A program made the translations under genes and the position numbers. The notes beneath the pieces are model-generated. The model ran no database searches. It was given only the letters and a program-made list of their open reading frames with translations, and was not told the DNA's origin. From the NCBI GenBank assembly GCA_964501035.1, contig CAZCRK010000001.1, positions 1-64,000 on the forward strand: 64,000 nt of DNA. The letters are read 5' to 3'. Shown piece by piece: positions 49,211-58,307 of this stretch; position 1 is the stretch's first letter, and each line of letters opens with the position of its first letter.

Positions 49211-50311
49211 CTAAACGTTAAATTTAAAGAAAATTACATCCCCATCCTTAACGATATATAATTTTCCTTCTTGTCTAATTTTACCCGCATCTTTCAATGC
49301 CAATTCAGAGTGGTATTGCATTAAATCGTTAAAATGATATATGTCTGCTTTAATAAATCCACGTTCAAAATCACTGTGAATTTCACCCGCTGCTTGAGGA
49401 GCCGTAGCACCTTTTTTAATAGTCCACGCACGTACTTCTTTTTCACCTGCTGTAAAAAATGTTTCTAATCCGAGCAAAGAATAGGCAGACCGAATCAAGG
49501 TATGTAAACCGGGCTCACTGAGGTTGTATTCCTCCAAGAATATGATTTGATCTTCAGTATCCATGGTTGAAATTTCCATTTCAATATTTCCACAGAGTTG
49601 AATAGCTGAGTTATCTTCACTTTTTGCCAAGGCAAACACATCTTCCACCAGCTGATTTGGATTATCAGCAGTGATTTCATTTTCGTCCACATTTGCAACA
49701 TACAGAGTTGGTTTATCCGTAATCAAATGTAACGAGTTCAAACGTTCTCTTTGTGTTTCATCAAGTTGTATATTTCTTACCATTGTCCCATTATTCATTT
49801 CTTCCTGAATAATTTCTAATACATTGAGTTCAGCAATGGATGATTTATCTCCAGAACGTGCTGTTTTTTGAACTTTGGGAATTCGTTTTTCAATGGACTC
49901 AATATCACGCAAGAGTAATTCTGTTTCAATGACCTCAATATCTCGAACTGGGTTAATACTACCTTCGACATGGGTAATATTATCATCTTCAAAACATCGA
50001 ACCACGTGAACAATTGCATCAACATTTCGGATATGCGACAAGAATTGATTTCCCAACCCTTCTCCCTTACTTGCCCCTCGAACGAGTCCAGCAATATCAA
50101 CAAATTCGATAGTGGTTGGAACCACAGATTTTGGTTTAATAAAATTGCAAATTTTGTCCATTCGTGGGTCAGGTATTTCTACTATTCCTACGTTTGGGTC
50201 AATTGTACAAAACGGATAATTCTCGGCTGGTATTCCCGACTCTGTTAATGCATTAAATATTGTGGACTTGCCTACATTGGGCAACCCAACTATTCCTACT
50301 TGTAATCCCAT
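49211..50311 (-). CDS. ychF: Ribosome-binding ATPase YchF
   Basis: GIVGLPNVGKST, NYPFCTIDPN, DIAGLV, GEGLGNQFL, FFTAG, IHSDFERGFI. Confidence 0.98.
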   Translation of the reverse strand: MGLQVGIVGLPNVGKSTIFNALTESGIPAENYPFCTIDPNVGIVEIPDPRMDKICNFIKPKSVVPTTIEFVDIAGLVRGASKGEGLGNQFLSHIRNVDAIVHVVRCFEDDNITHVEGSINPVRDIEVIETELLLRDIESIEKRIPKVQKTARSGDKSSIAELNVLEIIQEEMNNGTMVRNIQLDETQRERLNSLHLITDKPTLYVANVDENEITADNPNQLVEDVFALAKSEDNSAIQLCGNIEMEISTMDTEDQIIFLEEYNLSEPGLHTLIRSAYSLLGLETFFTAGEKEVRAWTIKKGATAPQAAGEIHSDFERGFIKADIYHFNDLMQYHSELALKDAGKIRQEGKLYIVKDGDVIFFKFNV

Positions 50312-50428
50312 CGCTAAAATTACAGAGGCTTGGTTTAATAGTTCATCCAGTTTCTTTTATCTAAATTCAAATATTGAATTGTTTGTAATTTTTATCTTTA
50401 TTTTCATGTAGGATTAACAGGAAAGATA

Positions 50429-52072
50429 ATGGCGCAAGAAAAAAACAACACATCTTTAATGGATAAAGTGATTTCTCTTTCAAAGCAAAGAGGTTACGTA
50501 TTTCAAAGTAGTGAAATTTACGGTGGTCTTAAATCTGCATATGATTATGGACCGCTTGGTGTTGAGCTCAAACGAAACCTAATGAATGAGTGGTGGCGTT
50601 CAATGGTTCATGAACGTGAAGATGTGGTTGGGATTGATGCTTCCATTATGATGCACCCAAAAGTATGGCAAGCATCCGGTCATTTGGCAGGTTTTTCTGA
50701 TCCACTTGTTGACTGTTTAATTAGTAAAGAACGATTCAGAGCAGATAAAGCACCTCGTCCTACAGCTGGAGATGAACTCCCCATTACGTGCAATGATAAA
50801 GGGCAAGCTAAAAATTATCAAGACGCTATCAAAAAACGATTTGACATTGAACTTCGTAGAAGCGGAAAAGTACTTAAAGGATTACGAGTTATCGATGAGA
50901 AAACATTTGGGTATTTTGAGGAATCTGCAGACACAACCACAACTACATTCCCGTATGCTGGATATGTTGGGCCGACATTTGGTTGCCCCTTTTTAAGTGA
51001 AGAACGGCAATTTAATTTAATGTTTCGAACTCAACTTGGTCCGGTAGATGTGATGGGTGAAGTATCCAAATTTATTGAAAACAATAAAGAATTAGAAAGT
51101 AAAGAACTCCGCAAGGGATTAGAAAAAATTATCGACAAATCAGCTGTTCATTTACGACCAGAAACAGCCCAAGCAATGTTTGTTCAATTTTTAAACTGTC
51201 AACAGACAATGTCTATGAAAGTACCCTTTGGAATTGCACAAATGGGTAAGAGTTTCAGAAATGAAATCACTACAGAGCATTTTATTTTTAGATCGTGTGA
51301 ATTTGAACAGATGGAAATGGAATTTTTTGTTGAACCCGGAACTCAAAAAGAGTGGTTGAACTATTGGCGAGATAAACGCCTAGATTGGTGGAAATCCTAT
51401 GCCAATCACCCAGAAAAGTTTATCTATCGTGCTCATGAAGCGGATGAACTTGCTCACTATGCCGATGCATGTTATGATATTGAATATGAATATCCATGGG
51501 GGTATGATGAACTTGAAGGGGTTGCCAGCAGAACAGATTATGACTTACAAAAACATGCAGAATATTCTGGTGCAAAACTCAGCTATTTTGATCAACAAAA
51601 ACAAAACCCTGAAACAGGGAAAAATGGTTGGAGATATACACCCTATGTTATTGAACCAGCAGCAGGCGCCACGCGTGGGTTACTAGTATATTTACTAGAT
51701 GCGTATCATGAAGAAACAGTTAAAGATGCAAAAGGTAATGATAGCACACGAGTAGTTATGAAACTACATCCTAGATTAGCACCCATAAAGGTAGCTGTTT
51801 TACCCCTCATTAAAAAAGATGGAATGCCTGAAATTGCACGTGATTTGGTTTCAACATTTTTCAAAGCAGGTATTAATGCAAAATACGATGAACAACATGC
51901 GATTGGAAAACGATACCGCCGTCATGATGAAGCAGGCACACCATTTTGCTTAACCATTGATGGTCAAACCAAAGAAGATGGAACGGTTACAATCCGAGAC
52001 CGCGACACAATGAAACAAGACCGAATTTCACTAGAAGAAGCATTGAGTGCTGTACAAAAAAGATTGTTGTAA
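50429..52072 (+). CDS. glyQS: Glycine-tRNA ligase, homodimeric type, with insertions
   Basis: YDYGPLG, WQASGH, FNLMF, LRPETAQ, GKSFRNEI, EFEQME, IGKRYRRHDE. Confidence 0.95.
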   Translation: MAQEKNNTSLMDKVISLSKQRGYVFQSSEIYGGLKSAYDYGPLGVELKRNLMNEWWRSMVHEREDVVGIDASIMMHPKVWQASGHLAGFSDPLVDCLISKERFRADKAPRPTAGDELPITCNDKGQAKNYQDAIKKRFDIELRRSGKVLKGLRVIDEKTFGYFEESADTTTTTFPYAGYVGPTFGCPFLSEERQFNLMFRTQLGPVDVMGEVSKFIENNKELESKELRKGLEKIIDKSAVHLRPETAQAMFVQFLNCQQTMSMKVPFGIAQMGKSFRNEITTEHFIFRSCEFEQMEMEFFVEPGTQKEWLNYWRDKRLDWWKSYANHPEKFIYRAHEADELAHYADACYDIEYEYPWGYDELEGVASRTDYDLQKHAEYSGAKLSYFDQQKQNPETGKNGWRYTPYVIEPAAGATRGLLVYLLDAYHEETVKDAKGNDSTRVVMKLHPRLAPIKVAVLPLIKKDGMPEIARDLVSTFFKAGINAKYDEQHAIGKRYRRHDEAGTPFCLTIDGQTKEDGTVTIRDRDTMKQDRISLEEALSAVQKRLL

Positions 52073-52081
52073 AAATCGAAG

Positions 52082-52537
52082 TTAAAATAGTATTTCCAGT
52101 ACATCCTTTGCATGTGATTTTGTTTTCACTTTTTCGAACACATGTTCAACTTTTCCCTCTTTAGATACAATATAGGTGATGCGGTGGATTCCCATGTATT
52201 CTCGCCCCATAAACTTCTTTAATCCCCATGCATTGTATGCTTTGAGCATTTCTTTATTTTCATCAGATAAAAGAGGAAATGGAAATTTATGTTTACTGCT
52301 AAATTTTTCCTGCTTAGTGACAGAATCTGCAGAAACACCTAATATTTGAATTTTCAAATCTTTAAATTGTTGGAATTCATCACGGAACCCCTTACCTTCA
52401 ATGGTTCAGCCAGGTGTACTTGCTTTTGGGTAAAACCAAATGACCACTTTTTGTCCCAAGAAATCTGATAAAGACACATCATTACCATGTTGATCCTTTA
52501 AAGAAAATGGGGGTGCAGTATCTCCAATGTTAAGCAT
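52082..52537 (-). CDS. bcp: Peroxiredoxin Bcp/PrxQ, selenoprotein (Sec44)
   Basis: [55 protein letters not shown] continues in frame into the ORF-track 52082..52357 protein; the TGA (52408-52406) sits at the peroxidatic Cys position. Confidence 0.9.
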
Positions 52538-52615
52538 AATAAAACTCCAATCGCTATAGTTTCTGTTCTAAATAGATATGATAATCTGCGTAAATTATGA
52601 CATTAGTTGAAAGTG

Positions 52616-52724
52616 ATAGTTCGACAGGCTCACTATTCAGTTGAAAGTAAAAAAGTAAAAAGTATTAAAGTGAAAAGCAGGATTTCACTCTTCACTCTTC
52701 AAACTTCAAACTTTAAACTTCAAC
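52616..52724 (+). repeat. Composite repeat: TTCGACAGGCTCA REP-like motif plus AAAGT-type heptamers and complementary tract
   Basis: Inverted homolog at 55384-55470. Confidence 0.7.
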
Positions 52725-52782
52725 ATTATGCCCCAGTGTTTCTGTGGTAGGTTAAAAAAACAGGTAAAATAGAAAGTAAAAA

Positions 52783-53037
52783 ATGATTAAAATTTATTCA
52801 ACCAGTTGGTGACCATCATGCATCGCAGCAAAACAGCTGTTAGATAGCAAAGGTTTGCTATATGAAGAAATAAATATAGAAGAAATTAATATGAGTCGAG
52901 ACGATTTGGTGAAAATTACTGGCGGAAGAACCGTTCCACAAATTGTCATTGAAGGGGCGCCCATTGGTGGATTTGATGCTTTAATGAAACTAAATCAAAA
53001 TGGAAAACTAGATCAGTTTCAAGTAGAAAGTGGTTAA
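52783..53037 (+). CDS. Glutaredoxin (GrxC-like), selenoprotein with UPSC motif (Sec10)
   Basis: MIKIYSTSW-TGA-PSCIAAKQLLDSKGL... in frame with RTVPQI and IGGFD; the TGA (52810-52812) occupies the first Cys of CxxC. Confidence 0.9.
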
Positions 53038-53081
53038 AGCATTATAGTGAAAAGTAGTAAAGTTGAAAGTTATTAACTTTT

Positions 53082-53429
53082 ATGGTAAAAATAAATAAAT
53101 TTGAAGATATAATTGCTTGGCAAAAGTCAAAAAATTTAACTCTTACTATTTATGAGCTATTTAGTGATAGCAACGACTTTAGTTTTAAGAATCAAATTCA
53201 GCGTGCATCAGTTTCGGTTATGAACAATATTGCAGAAGGATTTGAAAGACAATCCACAAAAGAGTTTAAGCAGTTTTTATATATTGCCAAAGGATCATGT
53301 GGAGAGGTTCGATCAATGCTATATCTTTCATTTGAATTACATAAAATCTCAAAGGAGGATTTTGAAACCAATCTAGATTTATGTAAGGAAATTTCTAAAT
53401 TATTATCAGGATTTATTAAAACATTATGA
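53082..53429 (+). CDS. Four helix bundle protein (23S rRNA IVS protein family)
   Basis: FEDIIAWQKS, QIQRASVSVMNNIAEGFER, FLYIAKGSCGEVRS; flanked by inverted heptamer tracts. Confidence 0.93.
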   Translation: MVKINKFEDIIAWQKSKNLTLTIYELFSDSNDFSFKNQIQRASVSVMNNIAEGFERQSTKEFKQFLYIAKGSCGEVRSMLYLSFELHKISKEDFETNLDLCKEISKLLSGFIKTL

Positions 53430-53502
53430 TAATTTTCAACTTTACATCTCATTTTTCACATTATTTACTTTCTACTTTAATACTTTATCTACTTTTAACT
53501 CC

Positions 53503-54696
53503 ATGAATTCTTTGTTTAACAATAAAAGTTTTCTCATTTGTGTTACAGGCTCTATTGCTGCCTACAAAGCATGTGAGGTAATTCGAATTTTACGTAAAGA
53601 AGGTGCATCTGTACAGGTTATGATGACAGAATCTGCAGAGAAATTTGTTGGGAAGGCTTCATTTGCCGCATTGACAAACAATGAAGTCATAACAGAAATA
53701 TTTCCAGATACACCTAAAGCAGGTCTTGAGCATATTGAAATGGCAATAGGGCTAGATGCAGTGTTAGTGTTGCCTGCTACTGCAAATATTTTAGGAAAAG
53801 TAGCCTCAGGAGTTGCTGATGATATTGTTTCAACGACATTATCTGTTTGCGAACAACCGACTTTATTTGCTCCTGCAATGAATTTTAGAATGTGGCAAAA
53901 CCCTGCAATTATGGATGCTGTTGATACACTGCGTGAACGTGGTAAGTTTGTCCTTGACCCAGAAAGCGGTCCACTTGCGAGTTTACATGAAGGGGAAGGA
54001 CGTCTTCCTGAAATTTCAGGAATTATGAATGCAATACGCCAACTGTTTGATAATCCTACCCCTCTTAGTGGTAAAAAAGTACTTGTAACAGCGGGTCCAA
54101 CACGTGAAGCAATTGACCCAGTGCGGTTTATTTCAAATCGATCTAGCGGTCAAATGGGGTTTGCGTTGGCAGAGACGTGTAGAGATTTGGGTGCTGAAGT
54201 AACATTGGTTTCAGGTCCAGTAAAATTACCCAATGTTCCAGAAGTGAATATGGTAAAAGTCGAAACAGCAGAAGAAATGTTGAATGCAGTCAAACTATGC
54301 ACCAATGTTGATTATATTTTTATGACGGCTGCTGTTTCAGATTATCAGGTAAAATCATCCTCACCTATGAAATTAAAACGTTCAAAGAAGGAATTTTCTC
54401 TAAAACTAGAACCTGCTCCTGATATTTTAGCATCAATAAAAGATAAAACAGAAGCACAAATAATTGCTTTTGCACTAGAGACCGAAAACGGGGAAAGTGA
54501 AGCAAAACGCAAAATGAAAACCAAAGGAGCATCTCATATTGTACTCAATTATGCAAATGAAGTAGGTGCCGGATTTGATGTTCCAACCAATCGGGTAGAA
54601 ATTTACTCTGAAAATGGAAGTTCACTAGAATTAAAAAAAGATAGAAAAGATAGAATTGCCAAAAAAATTATAGAATATGTCCTCAAAAACAGTTGA
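53503..54696 (+). CDS. coaBC: Phosphopantothenoylcysteine decarboxylase/ligase
   Basis: TGSIAAYKA, PATAN, APAMN, VTAGPTRE.IDPVRFISNRSSGQMG, AAVSDY, FALET. Confidence 0.95.
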   Translation: MNSLFNNKSFLICVTGSIAAYKACEVIRILRKEGASVQVMMTESAEKFVGKASFAALTNNEVITEIFPDTPKAGLEHIEMAIGLDAVLVLPATANILGKVASGVADDIVSTTLSVCEQPTLFAPAMNFRMWQNPAIMDAVDTLRERGKFVLDPESGPLASLHEGEGRLPEISGIMNAIRQLFDNPTPLSGKKVLVTAGPTREAIDPVRFISNRSSGQMGFALAETCRDLGAEVTLVSGPVKLPNVPEVNMVKVETAEEMLNAVKLCTNVDYIFMTAAVSDYQVKSSSPMKLKRSKKEFSLKLEPAPDILASIKDKTEAQIIAFALETENGESEAKRKMKTKGASHIVLNYANEVGAGFDVPTNRVEIYSENGSSLELKKDRKDRIAKKIIEYVLKNS

Positions 54697-55091
54697 GACT
54701 ATATGTGCTGGTGGGGTTGTTCTTAATAAATTTGGTGATGTTCTAGTTGTCAATCAAAATGGTGATTCTTGGTCACTACCCAAAGGACATATTGACCCTG
54801 GCGAAGACAAACTAACAACAGCAAAACGAGAAATTTATGAGGAATCGGGTGTTTCTTCGTTGGAATTGTTGCAAGACTTAGGGTGTTATAAACGATATCG
54901 AATTGCGTTGAATGGTGGAGATGATACAAGTGAACTAAAAACAATTCACTTTTTTTTATTTTCTACTGATCAAATGGAGTTAAAACCAATCGACCCCCAT
55001 AATCCAGAAGCAAAATGGGTATTGAAAAACGAAGTTTCTCAATTACTCACTCACCCTAAGGACAAAGCATTTTTTGATTCAATACGTGACA
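54677..55091 (+). CDS. NUDIX hydrolase (3' end in assembly gap)
   Basis: WSLPKGHIDPGEDKLTTAKREIYEESG Nudix box. Confidence 0.88.
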
Positions 55092-55191
55092 NNNNNNNNN
55101 NNNNNNNNNNNNNNNNNNNNNNNNNNNNNNNNNNNNNNNNNNNNNNNNNNNNNNNNNNNNNNNNNNNNNNNNNNNNNNNNNNNNNNNNNNN
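55092..55191. other. Scaffold gap (100 N)
   Basis: Run of N. Confidence 1.
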
Positions 55192-55470
55192 AAGTTAGAA
55201 GAGTGACCTCCCATTTTTTCACTTAAATACTTTCTGCTTTACTACGTTTTCACTTTCAACTAAATAGTTGCCCACTTAACTCGAAGTAATACACACCCTT
55301 TCAAAGGTTCAAAATCTTTGAAAGGTTAAACCAGTTCTGCCCTTCGACAAGGCCAGGTTGACAAATATGAAGTATAAAGTTAGAAGGGTGAAACCCCTGT
55401 TTTTCCACTTTTATACTTTCTACTTTACTACGTTTTAACTTTCAACTGAATAGTGAGTTTGTCGAACTAT
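55192..55470. repeat. Repeat cluster: two imperfect direct copies of about 78 bp (55192-55268, 55377-55454) enclosing a REP-like palindrome (55295-55327) and a CCCTTCGACAAG motif
   Basis: Both copies read AAGTTAGAAG.GTGA...TACTTTCT.CTTTACTACGTTTT.ACTTTCAACT.AATAGT. Confidence 0.75.
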
Positions 55471-55480
55471 TCAACTTTTT

Positions 55481-56077
55481 TTAAAGCGCGTATCCAGCAC
55501 CAATCATTATGCTTACAAACCCACTTTCGTTTGGCACAACACCCTCTAAGAAGTTGTATCGTAATTTTGCATTAAGTGAGATTGGAACTAACCATGGTTT
55601 TGCTCGTGCACCACATTCTAAAAAGTAACCGGTTTTAGTTTCTAAATTGTCTTTTATAAAATTTTCAACGTTATTTTCACTTACACTACTATTATCTATT
55701 AAGTCACTATAATTATTTGGTACAATTTTATTTTGACTTAATCCTGCACCGTAATAGAATTTTACCATAGGAAGTTTAAAAAGTTTTCGTTGTACACCAA
55801 CAAACCAACCTGCTTTTTTAGGCAAGCTAAAACTACTTATGTCATCCTCGCCAATGTTATAGGAAAATGTTGTTTCCCCAAGGATATCAAATCCAGCTTC
55901 CACATCAATAAATGGTATGACGTCCACATATACATACCCACCAAAACCACTCGTAGAGGCACCATCTTCTATTGCCTCAAAACCGTCCTTCAAAAAATAC
56001 CCACCAAAACCAGCAATTGCAAAGAGGGGAGTCATGCAAAATAGAGTTAAAACCAGTGTTAATTGTAATCGTTTCAT
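55481..56077 (-). CDS. Small outer-membrane beta-barrel protein
   Basis: Signal peptide, alternating beta-strands (FYYGAGL, LNAKLRYNF), terminal IGAGYAL. Confidence 0.65.
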   Translation of the reverse strand: MKRLQLTLVLTLFCMTPLFAIAGFGGYFLKDGFEAIEDGASTSGFGGYVYVDVIPFIDVEAGFDILGETTFSYNIGEDDISSFSLPKKAGWFVGVQRKLFKLPMVKFYYGAGLSQNKIVPNNYSDLIDNSSVSENNVENFIKDNLETKTGYFLECGARAKPWLVPISLNAKLRYNFLEGVVPNESGFVSIMIGAGYAL

Positions 56078-56152
56078 TTTATCTCCAAATAATTATATGG
56101 AAATCTAAGTAATTTTATCCCTCAAATTGTACTTCTTTATTAATCTTACACG

Positions 56153-57097
56153 ATGAAATTTGATCGAAAACAAATATTATCCGACTATCCTTGGCTTGCC
56201 GAACGCAAGCATCGGTTTATCATATCAGCAGACTATGATGGCATCATCTGTGCATCCTTACTTCATCATATTTTGGGGTGGAAATTGGAAGGATATTATA
56301 ATCTGCAATCGATTTGGGTATCTGATGAAGCCATGAAACATAGAGATGATATTATCTGGGTGGATCTAAATATTTTGCCTAAACAGGGTCGCGCAATCGG
56401 CGGACATATTGTGTCAATCCAAAACGAACTTCCAGATGGATTTCAAACGTCGTGTAATCCCAATATTTTAGCAGGACTTTCGTCCAAAGATTTTCATTCA
56501 AAATTTCCATTTTCAACATTAATATATTTAATGTGGCTTCACAATATTCCTGTACGAAATGAATTATTTGCTCGACTACTTGTACTTCATGCAGATGCAA
56601 CGTGGTTAAAAATGCAACATTACCCCAAAAATTTCAATGTTTGGAAATCAAGATTAACAGATTACTCATGGAAACATCTTTTTCAACGCGTGAACACCTC
56701 TCTTTTTGATAAACGTATTGACCAATTGCTATACACGAAATTAAAAGAACTCGGAGTTTATACAAAAAAAGGAAAATTAACAAGTACATTTTCCAAAATT
56801 AAATCTGTGCAATATCAATGTAATCCAGATTGGGATGAAGATGTTATTATAGCATTGTTTCACTTAATTGGAAATCATCTTAAATGGACACCCCCCTCAT
56901 TGCCCAAGATTACCAAGAGAATAGATGGGGTTCGCAATAAAGTTCCACTATCTGAGGTAAAATCAATTGGATTGAATGTGTTTATTCGTACTCGGAAAGT
57001 GTTTTCCTATGCCATTCCTTCTCCACGGATTTTGAATTATACTTCATTTGGTTATGTCAAAAAATCACCTATGAAAGATACCCATGCCAAGCCTTGA
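56153..57097 (+). CDS. Hypothetical protein, possible DHH-phosphoesterase-like fold
   Basis: N-terminal SADYDG (DxDG), WVDL, GGH, NPN, HAD; no intact DHH triad. Confidence 0.4.
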   Translation: MKFDRKQILSDYPWLAERKHRFIISADYDGIICASLLHHILGWKLEGYYNLQSIWVSDEAMKHRDDIIWVDLNILPKQGRAIGGHIVSIQNELPDGFQTSCNPNILAGLSSKDFHSKFPFSTLIYLMWLHNIPVRNELFARLLVLHADATWLKMQHYPKNFNVWKSRLTDYSWKHLFQRVNTSLFDKRIDQLLYTKLKELGVYTKKGKLTSTFSKIKSVQYQCNPDWDEDVIIALFHLIGNHLKWTPPSLPKITKRIDGVRNKVPLSEVKSIGLNVFIRTRKVFSYAIPSPRILNYTSFGYVKKSPMKDTHAKP

Positions 57098-58307
57098 ATC
57101 ACTTATTCAAAAACATGGTCGTCCAGATGCGATTATTGACCATTGGAATGATGAGCAATCACAATTTGCTGTTTGGGGATTTGAAACAGTATTTGAATTT
57201 AATAATTCAACAATTTTGATTGACGGAGACCCTGTACAAGGAAATCCGTTAAACCTATGGCAAGCGTGGGTAGATAAATGTAAAATCAACTCGAATAATG
57301 TATCCGCAATAGGTTGGTTGTCATATGATTTTAAGCAATCATTATTTCCTCATATTTCTTTTAAACAACATGTATCACCATTTCCACAAATATGGTTTGC
57401 CAAGCCCAAATTAATACGATCATTTTCAAACCTCCAACATACAAACAATTGTATTCAAAAACCGATGTTCACCTGCATCCAAGATATTCCAAATTCAGAC
57501 CAATATGAAAAAGATATTGCCAAAATTAAATATTATCTAGAACATGGGGATGTATATCAAATCAATTATACACATCCTAAAGTATTTAATCATGTACAAA
57601 ACCCATGTGATTCTTATCTTGCAATTCGGCAAAATGCAAAACCACATAATGGGTATTTTATTCAATCTGGACACCATAGTATACTCAGTTTTTCCCCCGA
57701 ACGTTTTTTTAGAAAAAGGGATGGAATTATTGAAACGTACCCTATGAAAGGAACCAGTCCCAGGTACGACAACCCAGAAGAAGACAAACAATCAGCCTTT
57801 ATTTTATCACAAAGTCAAAAAGACAAAGCCGAACATTTGATGATAGTGGATTTACTACGAAATGATTTAGGCAAAGTATGTAATTTTGGCTCTGTTAAGG
57901 TGGAAAATTTATACAACGTGGAATCTTTCGAAACAGTACATCAAATGGTAACTCGAGTATATGGTATATGCAATACAAACTCAACTGAAAGTGATATTAT
58001 TCGAGCATTATTCCCAGGCGGGTCTATTACAGGTGCACCCAAAGAGAGAGCCATGACCATTATTGATGAAATAGAAACATCCTCACGAGGAATTTATACA
58101 GGTGCTATTGGCACGATTAAATCAAATGGGGATATGGACTTCAACATTGCGATTAGAACCATGACAATTGAAAATCACATAGCCAAATATCCTGTAGGTG
58201 GTGGAATTGTGTGGGATTCAGATCCAAGATTAGAATGGGAAGAAGCACACACAAAAGGGGCTATTTTGCATCCGTTTATAAAAAAGGAAGGGGTTTTAGT
58301 TGCCTAA
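57084..58307 (+). CDS. pabB: Aminodeoxychorismate synthase component I (chorismate-binding)
   Basis: GDVYQIN, SFSPERFF, PMKGT (PabB-type), KAEHLMIVDLLRNDLG, FPGGSITGAPK, NIAIRT, GGGIVWDS. Confidence 0.85.
   Translation: MPSLESLIQKHGRPDAIIDHWNDEQSQFAVWGFETVFEFNNSTILIDGDPVQGNPLNLWQAWVDKCKINSNNVSAIGWLSYDFKQSLFPHISFKQHVSPFPQIWFAKPKLIRSFSNLQHTNNCIQKPMFTCIQDIPNSDQYEKDIAKIKYYLEHGDVYQINYTHPKVFNHVQNPCDSYLAIRQNAKPHNGYFIQSGHHSILSFSPERFFRKRDGIIETYPMKGTSPRYDNPEEDKQSAFILSQSQKDKAEHLMIVDLLRNDLGKVCNFGSVKVENLYNVESFETVHQMVTRVYGICNTNSTESDIIRALFPGGSITGAPKERAMTIIDEIETSSRGIYTGAIGTIKSNGDMDFNIAIRTMTIENHIAKYPVGGGIVWDSDPRLEWEEAHTKGAILHPFIKKEGVLVA

Noticed and set aside
52082..53037. bcp and grx as pseudogenes, or genome-wide TGA recoding to Trp/Gly
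   Set aside because: Each TGA falls exactly on the catalytic Cys codon, and TGA terminates many other genes in the window.
52600..55470. CRISPR array
   Set aside because: The repeats are degenerate heptamer tracts and longer copies without regular repeat-spacer periodicity; no cas genes.
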